Part shown: in pieces, positions 40,095-50,170 of the stretch
Numbering within the stretch: position 1 is the first letter of the stretch
Layout: each line of letters opens with the position of its first letter
NCBI GenBank assembly: GCA_030265395.1
Contig: JARFYF010000060.1
Coordinates: forward strand, 18,266,809 to 18,330,808
Length of the DNA stretch: 64,000 nt
DNA from: Rhina ancylostomus
Taxonomy: Eukaryota
Direction: 5' to 3'
Made by a program: the position numbers and the translations under genes
The notes under the pieces: model-generated
Told to the model about the DNA's origin: nothing
Databases searched by the model: none
The model's input: only the letters and a program-made list of their open reading frames with translations

Positions 40095-40327
40095 CACACA
40101 AGCAAACACTGAGTCACACACACACTCTGCTCACACTCACAATCAGCTCACTCAGGCTATCACACTCAACTCACACTCACATGGGCTCACTCTCATAAGA
40201 CACATCATATCAGGGTCATACTCAGCTCATAGATTGGGTTCACTCTCACATACTTGTGTCAGGCTTACTTTTACATTGAGCTTACACTTAGGCAATTTCT
40301 CTCACTGATCTCACACTCACACCAGAC
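40095..40327. repeat. Degenerate CACACT-rich tandem repeat
   Basis: Repeated tcacactc/ggctcac units running into a gap. Confidence 0.7.
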
Positions 40328-41311
40328 NNNNNNNNNNNNNNNNNNNNNNNNNNNNNNNNNNAGGCTAACATTCACACTAATATATAATTGCAAGTTCTGC
40401 TGCCTTTTTCCCTTCGTCAGGGCCACTTTAGATGTTCGAAGGGGTACTCTTTATGGAAAAGTGTTTTTGGTTTGGGAGAAAGACAGGAGCTGGCACCAAT
40501 GATATTACAATAACATGGCAACAGATTTCAACCGCCTTTGTGCTTGAAACAAAACATTGTTAGTTCAGCAAACGTCCCTTAATATCCAACAAAGCTGAAT
40601 CCTTTGAAAAGATTATTATGGAGGAAGTAGTTATAATTTTATAACTGGTTGAAATATAAACTATATAGGGAAAATAAGATGTTAAAGAGTGGAAGATTTA
40701 ACTGTGCTAGAAACAGGATTGACCAGCTGTTAAAACCTACATGAAGGTGTGGAAATATGGCTGCATCAACTGAGTTCATTTTAAATCTAATCGCTTGACA
40801 TGAGATTTATCTTTTGAATCAAAAACTCTTCGATCAGAATTGTTCGCAAAAATAGGATCTTAAATAGGATTTGGCACTAGTTCCCCAAACAGAGAAACAA
40901 CTGAAGTACAAATGCAGCTTTAAAATTTCATTTAATGATCGGGGAGTAAAGTTCAGAGGTCACTTTGCACCGTAGGTGATCAGCATTTGCACTCAGCACC
41001 CCACTTCCTCCGGCTCGCAAAGGGCTGGAACCAGAGAAGTGGGAGGAGAGTTAACTAAGGTTAGGGAACAGTGCATAGCAGAGCGCCGTCTAATGCTTAG
41101 TCTAGTGGTTTATTTGCCAGGGTACATACTGACAAAACTGAAGTCATGTGAAGCAAGCTGACAAGTGAAAAGAAAAAGATATAAAATCATATAGAAAGAG
41201 AGAGCACAGACATCTCGATGCTGGCTGGCCAGGTATTATCTTTCATTTTAAATCAGCATTTAGCAGCTCTCCATCTCTCATTCTCTCTCTCTTTTAATAG
41301 AGAATTTATCT

Positions 41312-41447
41312 TTGGCAGAGGGCCAGGCTGTGAATGTCAGATGCATGATGGTACTGGTCTTTGAGGCCCTGGTCTGATGGCTAAGTGCCACAATCAATTG
41401 CTAGTGAAATGAGTTGGCTGCCTGCCAATCTCAGGTTGCTATGCAGC
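41312..41447. promoter_or_regulatory. Candidate enhancer: three NFI sites plus an RFX X-box-like motif
   Basis: TTGGC-AGAGG-GCCAG (41312-41326), TGGC-TAAGT-GCCA (41378-41390), perfect TTGGC-TGCCT-GCCAA (41414-41428) and GTTGCTATGCAGC (41435-41447). Confidence 0.55.
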
Positions 41448-42919
41448 CAGCTTGTCTTGCGCTCTTCGCTGTTAAATCACAGAAGGCAAGAGTTCGGTTC
41501 CAGACAACTTTTTTTTTCTCTCTTCAAATTTTTTTTAACCCATTTCAGGCAGCGCTGGATCGAGTTATCAGAGTACAGGATCTAAGGCCACAGCCATGGA
41601 GTGGCTGCTTAAAATTAAATGCATGTGCTTGTATTGTGTATGTGAGAGCGAGAGTGACGTAATTTTCTTTAATATGAAGATTAATCTAACATGCAATGCT
41701 AAATGAGGTGAGGGAGACACAGCTGGGGGCCAGAGTGAGCTCAAAAATTGTTAGAAGGTGAACAGTTTTATTCCTGAAACTTGAGCAGGCTCCCGTTTTC
41801 TGGAGAAGGGGTGGGAAGTTGGGGAAGAGAGAGGACATTTTTCTGTATTATTTGACTGTGAATGTTCCAGTATTTTGGAGGCTGGAATTGTTCTCTGGCA
41901 CACTCCTCCCTCAAATGTATTAACACAACACAGTGATACTCATTTTACCCCATCGCAAATAATGTGTGTGAAGTTTAATTGGATACCTAAACATGCTGTT
42001 GCCTTCTGTTAATCATGCTGTTGGATGTGCCAGGGGATTTGGACTACAGCGATGGAATGTACAGAAAATGTAAACAAAATCACCACATTACCAAAATCTA
42101 AAATGTTAGTTTCTCTGTATTCTCTTGCAAAAAAATACCTACTAATTGAAGAATTGCTTATGCTGCACTGCCTGGTGTTTTGCTTGGCTGATGTTGCCTT
42201 CAGATGTGTCGCTGTCTTCAAACCATTGGCTAGACTGTAAGGGTATGAACAATTCATTGTTCCTGCCTGTTAAAATGTCCACCACTGCTGCATGAGAGCT
42301 GGTGGCTCTTCTGACATCTCAATTGCCTGGCAGCAGACCTGGGNNNNNNNNNNNNNNNNNNNNNNNNNNNNNNNNNNNNNNNNNNNNNNNNNNNNNNNNN
42401 NNNNNNNNNNNNNNNNNNNNNNNNNNNNNNNNNNNTCCCCACACTACTCCAGTTTGAATCCCCCCCCCCTTTGCCTAAGCAGTCCCTTATTTTGATTCAC
42501 TTTCTCGTACTGTGTGTGTGTGTGTGTATGTGTGTGTTTGTCTGTGCAATGCTGCAAATTAGGTTTTCAGTTTGAAAAATGATCCCGAGCTGCTTCCTTC
42601 CCAGTCAGCACATTTGAAGCTAGAGATTAATGTCCATGATTGGTGTAATGCTGCCGCAGTAATCCGTGAGCAGAATGCAAGATGGGATATGGGGGAAAGG
42701 CCAAGATTCATGCCTGTGCTCAAGAGTTTACAGAAGTCTCCATAGTAACATGCCTGGTTATTTTGTATGCATTTGTTCTGTATGAGGGCATTTTAAGAGT
42801 GTATATTCATTTAACCAGATATTTTATGCAGTATCTCTCTCTTTCTCATGAGAAATGCTCCCCAATATTTTTTTTAAATAATTGAGGTCGGCTCTGATGC
42901 ACTTAGCATGCAAATTATT

Positions 42920-43175
42920 GTTTTTTTCTCTTTCCCTCCCTTCCATTGTCTCTTATTTTGTCACCTTTTCTCTCCACTTCTTCTCTCTATTGCTCCCTCT
43001 TACCTTATCTTTCATCTCTTCATTCCTTCTCATTTCTCCTTTACATTCTATCCCTCCCTCTCTTCCACACTCTGTCCTGCTCTCTCCCCTTTTCCTCTCT
43101 CTCACCACCTCTCCATTTTTTCTCTGTTGCTTTCTGTCTCCCAGTCTCACTTCTCTCTCTGTCTCATTTTCTCTC

Positions 43176-43210
<35 letters not shown>

Positions 43211-43305
43211 GCCTCGATCTTTGTCTTTATCATGTCATCATGGTCCCTCCCTTCTCTCACTGTCTTTCTATGTTACTCATCGTTCTCTCTGTATCTCTTT
43301 CTGCT
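42920..43305. repeat. Polypyrimidine low-complexity tract with (CT)n
   Basis: Directly visible; explains the S/L/F-rich ORFs. Confidence 0.9.
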
Positions 43306-44779
43306 CCTGGCCACAGAGTTGGCAAAGCCCTTGAGGTTTTAATCATCCAGTTCTGACCTTATCCGCCCCCACCTCAAACCCCACAAACCCCCCTCCTTTT
43401 CTAATTTGGTGCTTAAAATATTTTGCAAAGATGCATCAGTCCTCCACTGTGCCACAACCGCAACCCCCCCCCCCCCGTACCCAAACACTCCCCCACCNNN
43501 NNNNNNNNNNNNNNNNNNNNNNNNNNNNNNNNNNNNNNNNNNNNNNNNNNNNNNNNNNNNNNNNNNNNNNNNNNNNNNNNNNNNNNNNNNNNNNNNNCCA
43601 AACACTCCCCCACCCCCTTCCGTGCGTACACACATACAATAAAAATTAGTCGTTGACTTCGCAAGAGAGAGGGGGAAAAAGAGCTCCTTCAGGAACTGCC
43701 TTGTCCTTACTGGGTGAAGGTATGTTGGAACTCTGTGCCTCCAATCCAGCTGTTAACTCATAGGAAGAGGCCGCTTGTTAAACCCGAATGATAGAGGGAG
43801 AAAAAAATGGGATTATGAAAGGCGTTGTGGTGCTGTCGAGCTGCTTGTGAATACTCTCTCCTCCCTGTCATGGCTCTCTGCTTCTAAAACGCATGCCAAA
43901 AAAAAATCGAAAGGCTCAGTGTTGGCGATTTTACAAACAGATGTTGCCTCTTGATGCGCAGTTAAAGCAGAGACCAGAACAACAGTTCTGGGACTCTAGA
44001 CGACTTTTTGGGGGGTGTTGCTTTTAGGGGTTGGGAGGTTCCAGTTGCGTTAATTTTTGTTTTAATTTTTTTCTACAAGCTGTGGGTTCACCATAATCGC
44101 TTTATTTACTTATTTATTTTGGTAAAAAGAAGCCTTCTTTTTATCTGTTTGCATCGACCACGACTGGACAATCGCTGAATGAATCCTTGGCCCTTCTTCC
44201 AAAAAGACCCCAGCTTCTCACCCCCCTCTGCACAGCGTAAAACAATATTGGGAATGTTTGGACGTTCCTGGTGAGTTAAAGACAACAGTGCCTTGGACAC
44301 AATGTGCCCAGGTCATTTTTTGAGGGGCTGGGGTTTATTTTTGTTTGTTCTGACTTGCGTTTTTGAACATTTTCCCGTTCCTGTTTCCCCTTCGCCATCG
44401 TATTATTAAACGGCAGTGGTTACTTTGAATGTAGTTCTCAAGTTATAAGGCTTGCGGAAAGCCTCCGGTTGAACGGATAAGTTATGGATGCAAAGCGGGA
44501 CAACTGTTAATATCTTTACAGTGCTAGAGTTACTTCATATTGTTCGTTCTGGCAGGGTGCAAACATCCACACACGGTTGTCTGTGTTCACCCTGTCTTTT
44601 CTATTGCTTTCCTGACCTGGGCCTCTTGACTCGAAAGTGTTAAAATTACTTGGCACCAGAACTGCATTTCAAAGCAGTTTTGTCCTCTCTTTGCATTCAA
44701 GATTCACAGGGTACCATCTGATTTTGAAATTCAGATTGTTAGGCTTCACGTATTGTGACAAGATACACAATAAGCCCTT

Positions 44780-44783
<4 letters not shown>

Positions 44784-44844
<61 letters not shown>
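44784..44844. repeat. (CT)n microsatellite
   Basis: Directly visible. Confidence 0.98.
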
Positions 44845-44847
<3 letters not shown>

Positions 44848-45527
44848 CGCAATCTCTACCTCTTTCTTTCTTTCCACTCCTTCATGCTTATTTAATGCTT
44901 AATACCAACAAAAAGAGAAAAGTTTACTTACAATTGAATAGCCAAGTTTGTCTGCGTTGTGCGAGTGTGTGTATGAGTATGTGCGTGTGCGTGCATGTGC
45001 GTATGTTCTCCAGTCTTTGTGAGGCGGCAAGTCTTTTGCTCGCTCTCCCTGCTGACGGTTGTCCATTAACCAAGTGGTTCTGTCATTGAATTGGGTAAGA
45101 ATGTGCAGTGTCTAGGCACTGCCTCACGTCTGCTTTCCTTGGCTGGGGCAACATTGGAATGGATGGGACCCACTCCTAAACTCATTTTCATTTGGCAATT
45201 CTTACTTGTCCTTTGTTTTGCTATTTTTCTGTTGAAAAACCAAGGCAAACGTTCCCATTCTGATCCTCAGTCAAGCAGGAAAAAGAATTGCAATTGCCAC
45301 TTTTTTTTAGATAAAAAGAAGAAACAGCTGGCTTATGCAGTCAGTGAATTCAATTACGAGGAAACCGATTCCATTTGCGTAGGATAAAAGTCTATTGGGT
45401 GACCTTTATGGATTACAGAATGGATTCCAGCACCCCTTCCCCCCTCCTTTGCTTGTGTCTCTGTTTCTCCTCCCTCTTCTGTAATATGGAATTACATTAG
45501 ATTCTGCTCAGAGCACGCATGTTAGTG

Positions 45528-45529
<2 letters not shown>

Positions 45530-45571
<42 letters not shown>
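45530..45571. repeat. (GT)n microsatellite
   Basis: Directly visible. Confidence 0.98.
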
Positions 45572-45572
<1 letters not shown>

Positions 45573-46103
45573 CCGCGCATGTGTGCATGCGCACACGTTG
45601 GCAGTACCACCTCCAGGGTAGGCCTTCTTGTCATAAAAGGCAGCGTGCCTTAAAATGAGGCAGGACGTATGCTGAACAAAGGGAAGTGGAATGGGATGGG
45701 TGGGTACAATATGGTGATTGGAGGGGTGCAGGGGAAATTGGAGTGGGAAGGGCTAAGGCAAAGGCCTATTTGAATCCCTTCCATCCTCCCAAACAATTGC
45801 CCTGTGTTTAGATTTATGTGAAAATTTTATATTTTTGTTATTCTTTTCATCCTTCCAACTGAGAGCGAGGAGAAAGGTGAGGTGAATGTCTCCGCATTTA
45901 AACAGAACGTTTTCCATGCACCGCTTCGCTATCGGAAGTGGGGTGGGGTAGTCTGCTACCACAATCCGACTGGACATTTCGGATCCCTTTCGGAATCTTG
46001 CCTTGAATGGGAGTGTGTCTGTTTATGAGACTTAATGCCGTAAGTCTCAAGTAAAATTAATCCAAGACCTTTATTTTTTGGGAATAAGAATTAAGCTGGG
46101 GGT

Positions 46104-46134
46104 GAGAGAGAGAGAAAGAGAGAGAGACAGAGAC

Positions 46135-46165
<31 letters not shown>

Positions 46166-46169
46166 GGGA
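46104..46169. repeat. (GA)n imperfect microsatellite
   Basis: Directly visible. Confidence 0.95.
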
Positions 46170-47064
46170 GTGAAAAAACAGCAAGACAAAGACTGTGTCC
46201 AAGCTTGGCATGCAGAAGGAGGCTGGGTCGCCAGCCAAGGAGCCTGCTATGGTACAAAACAAACCTTCCAGAATTCTCCCAATCACAGTTATACTCAGAT
46301 AAGGACATATTTTTCACTCAATTCTGTGTCTTTATCTCTAAGATTTTACTAATTTTAATGAAGAAACTTTATCTTATGTACATATAAACACATACCCATC
46401 TAACATTCGATCTGGAAGATTGGAAGATAAAGTTATTTTAGTTTTAATTTTGACGTCTTAGAAATCTTGAAGCGTCGTCACATTTAATTCTACCAAGTTA
46501 CTGATTCTGGCAGTTGAAGCAGTGAATTGTTCGCTTTAAGCCTTTACAAACTTTTTATTTCTTTTTTTTTGTTGCTTATACTTTAGGATCTCAAACTCCA
46601 GAAGTTTCGGCCTAGCAAAATACAATGCAGTCTCCTGAGGTATCGTCGCCTTATGCCAGGAGTTGAAGCTGGGAACCAACAGATGACCCTGCGTAGATAC
46701 AAGAGCAGCCAGATTTCAATGTTGGTGTTTTGGTTTAATATTATTTTTATAGTTAATATTGAAAACATTTTTTGTCCTCTTTTGGTCTGATTTGATTTGA
46801 GATATCTAAATTTGATTTGATGTATCTAAATTTAAAATTGCAATAAGTGAAAAGAAAACTCTAGATTAGGACATGTTTACCTCAACACTACGTTTTTACT
46901 TTGGTTTCTGAACTCTGTTGTTCTTTGTTGAAGAGGGAGGAAAGAATGGTTAGAGAAAGGAAATGGAAGGGAGGAAGATTAATAGCTTTAGTGATATAGG
47001 GGAGAAGATAAGTGAAGTCTGCAAAGAGAAAGAAGAGAAGCCAGAAAGAATGGAGATTGCAGAG

Positions 47065-47145
47065 CCAGCTGCCACTAACCCGTAGATCCGAACTTGTGTT
47101 TCAAGTATCTCACAAGCTCGTGTCTATAGGTCTGTGTCTACATGG
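47065..47145 (+). ncRNA. mir-100: microRNA precursor, miR-100 (miR-99/100 family); 5p 47077-47098, 3p ~47113-47134
   Basis: AACCCGTAGATCCGAACTTGTG equals mature miR-100-5p. The downstream CAAGCTCGTGTCTATAGGTCTG pairs with it as the star arm, and the flanks (gctgccac ... gtgtct) resemble vertebrate pre-mir-100. Confidence 0.97.
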
Positions 47146-48081
47146 TAAAGAACCAACCAGCCATGGATGTGTGTCATTTCCCAGTGGCAATTCTCAATGT
47201 GAGATACTGTAACAGTGTTTGCCCGCAGGGGGTCCCAGGGTAGGCGCTGGTGGCTACTATTTGCTCTCCAAGACCATATTTTGTATGTTGGTGTACAAAA
47301 ACTGGGTTGCAACAACATGTCTTGATGATAACCAGTAAAATAGAATGACATTATATTTGACAGGTCATTTTGCCTAACCAGTTTTGTGCTCTAGACAAAA
47401 CTCCTCAAATAAAGTTGGGCCAACTTTAAATCATGTGTTTTTTGTAGCAGGGTGGGGCGAGGATTGTGGAAGTCCCAATCCATGAGTCAGTGATGATGTG
47501 GACCTCCCAGCTGGCAACTCCCTGCCAAGATTAACCATTTCACCCAGTCTTTAACTTACCCTTCCGGAAATAGTGGCCCAAAAAGCTTATGGTTAATTCC
47601 CTTGTGATAGGGTTTTATGAATCAGTATGAAATGTGGTTTCTACCTGGGATTAGCCATGAATGGTAAAAAAAAGGAACAGATTTTAGGATAGCTATTTAG
47701 TCGGAAATGGACAATGAAAATGACTCTTGCATATTCACTGTGGCATCCACACCTTACTGATACCACGCTCGGAGAGCTGCCTGCACAATACCTCTCACTA
47801 AGCATCAGTGAGACTATTAGATTTCCTTTACGTGGGGAGCTGGGGAGGTGGGAGTGGTGAAAAAGTGATTTATTGGGTCATAACACTTGCCTGATTGAGG
47901 TGGAGACTTCACATTATTGATAGCTACTTTTGTCAATGACTCTTTTTCTTTAAAATGAGAACTGAAGTTGTTGAGTACTAACTGGTCTGTGTATGTTTGT
48001 ATGTGTGGATCTATGTGTTCATTTGGTATGTGTGTGTTCAAGGTTTTATGTGTGTGTTAGTGAGGCGAGTGCTTTGATAAG

Positions 48082-48082
<1 letters not shown>

Positions 48083-48123
<41 letters not shown>
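48083..48123. repeat. (TG)n microsatellite
   Basis: Directly visible. Confidence 0.98.
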
Positions 48124-48124
<1 letters not shown>

Positions 48125-48367
48125 TGTAACAATGTCCTGTTGTCCTGTTTATGGATTTCTCTATGTTTCTCATTCTCAGGGTGTGCATGTGTCATTTGGT
48201 CACACCTTTAGATATTGTAGGTATATAGGGTAAGTTCAGACTTTGGACCAATGCAAACTTTCCCTGACACCACCCTGAGTCATCCCTGACCTCTTCTCGC
48301 AACAACTTTCTACTCAACCCAACTTCTCTTTGAGCCTCTGATGCAGGGGTCGATGGGGCCAAGCACC

Positions 48368-48461
48368 GTGTGCACCCAGGCTGAGGTAGTAGGTTGTATA
48401 GTTTAGAATTATACCAAGGGAGATAACTGTACAACCTCCTAGCTTTCCTTGGGGCATGCAT
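48368..48461 (+). ncRNA. let-7a: microRNA precursor, let-7a (let-7a-2-like); 5p 48382-48403, 3p ~48427-48448
   Basis: TGAGGTAGTAGGTTGTATAGTT equals mature let-7a-5p. Loop TAGAATTATACCAAGGGAGATAA; star CTGTACAACCTCCTAGCTTTCC; basal stem gtgtgcacccagg / ccttggggcatgcat. Confidence 0.98.
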
Positions 48462-49889
48462 ACTACAGCAGCAGGAAAGCAAGGCACGGATAGTCGACCC
48501 AAAGAGAAAATAAAACATTATAACTCAGAAGATGGTAAGCTTTTTGATTTACTTTCATGGGTTGAAGCTTATCAATCTGGCTATAAGTATCTGCTGGAAA
48601 GATAATGGGCACAAACACATTCCTCAAACTTACATTTCTTACAGAGAAAGGTTTTGATGTTTAAGATGATTGTATTAACCTTTTGTCCCCTGCAGGTCTT
48701 TCTGTCCATTCATTCTTTTTCAAACAGAATTGTAGTTTACTGGCATTCTGCTTTGTTCATTGCATGGTTTCAGTCCAACCAGTGATCCTGTAGATCAAGA
48801 AACCATCACTTTGCCACTCAGTCTGAAACTCAATTGGTGCTAAATTCTAAGCCATCAACAGAAGTCCATCAAGTGGATTCCATCTTTTTGGCAAAGGATA
48901 TTGGGAATAATAACCAGAGTTACTCTATTGATTGCTATCCAATAATTCCATGGAAAATCCCAAGACATGACCTGTGTTGAGTATATAATATTGGAGAGGA
49001 ACTAGTTGCCTTTGTACTAAATGTCCCCAAATCTCAGCATCACTGGATGGTTTACCTCTGCCCCTGGCTGAATTTACTGTCAGCTCATAGATAGAATCAC
49101 AGAATCTGAGAAATTTACACCTCAGAAAGAGGTCATTCAACCCATTTTGACTATGCTGGCTAAAAAGAGCTATCTAAACCATTTTAACCTGTATTTCTGA
49201 TAGATTAAATAACAGCAGGTGCTTTTTGACTATAATGAGGGCTTCTGCCTCAACCATCTTAAAGTTCTGGACCCCCATCACTTTTGAGACAGGAAATATT
49301 TTCCTGAGCATCACCTTCCTGTCAATTACATTTAATCTGTGTCCCCTAATTATCTCTACTAAGGCAAATCAGTACTTCCTGTTCACCCTGTCCAGCACCC
49401 TAACAATTTTATACACCTCACAAGCCTCCTCTGTTCCAGTGAAGATTATCCAAGCCTAGCTAATCTCTCCTCATAACTGGAATTCATGTTTCAAGTTTAT
49501 TGTCAAACGCATACGTACACAGGGTGTAAGTGCCATGAAAATCTGCTTTTTGCAGCAACAGCACTGTACATTACGAGCATGACAAACATAAAGTAACATA
49601 AACTTGAATTAACATAAATTATACATAATTTGCACGCCTGGTCAATTTTGGTATCATCCATGTAAATATATCTGACAGAAATAGATTGATTAATTTATTT
49701 CAATATCATTGTACCAAGCAACCAACAGGATAGATGTAGCGGTTTCTCAACAAACAATCCTGGCATTGTCCCTTGGTTGTGTTGGAGTGGAGCTGTGGAT
49801 AGAATTAGATTGAGCCACACCCATGTCCCATTTACATCCCAGGAGATGAGGAACTGTAGGGTTTCCGGCACTATGAATCACAGCAGCAA

Positions 49890-50170
49890 CATATATTTAC
49901 ATAGTGCCTTCACAGTAAGTAAAACAACCCAGGATTAACATAGCATTATCAAAGAGAATGTGCTGTAAGGTGGGTGAGAGGTAGGTTTAAACCATGATTT
50001 AATGGAAGGCACCAAGGTGGAGAGACAGAGAGGGTTAAGAAAGGAGTTCTAAAGTTTAGCACCTGGGCAGCTGATGACTCAACCATGAGTCAGCAAAATG
50101 AAAGAATTCAGGGGTGTGCAAGAGGTCAGAATTGGAGCAGTATAATATTCTTGGAAGGTTAGAGGACGTT
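49890..50170 (-). mobile_element. L2 3' fragment
   Basis: tttacatagtgccttc tail and agagagggttaagaaaggagttctaaagtttagcacctgggcagctga match the reverse complement of 34585-34650 and 5510-5560. Confidence 0.6.

Larger units (their letters stand above)
43400..46050 (+). promoter_or_regulatory. CpG-enriched candidate promoter region of the miR-100/let-7 host transcript
   Basis: CpG dinucleotides are visibly more frequent than in the flanks, there are no recognisable TEs, several + strand splice donors occur, and the region lies 1-3.6 kb upstream of miR-100. Confidence 0.5.

Noticed and set aside
42882-43356. Three overlapping 136-150 aa hydrophobic ORFs
   Set aside because: A stop-free polypyrimidine tract; compositional artefact.
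46790-46832. Short direct duplication tttgatttga..tatctaaa
   Set aside because: A simple two-copy slippage duplication with no evidence of function.
47012-48518. Small ORFs overlapping the miRNA hairpins (possible miPEPs)
   Set aside because: Short, mostly non-ATG starts or antisense, with no recognisable homology; the miRNAs explain the sequence.
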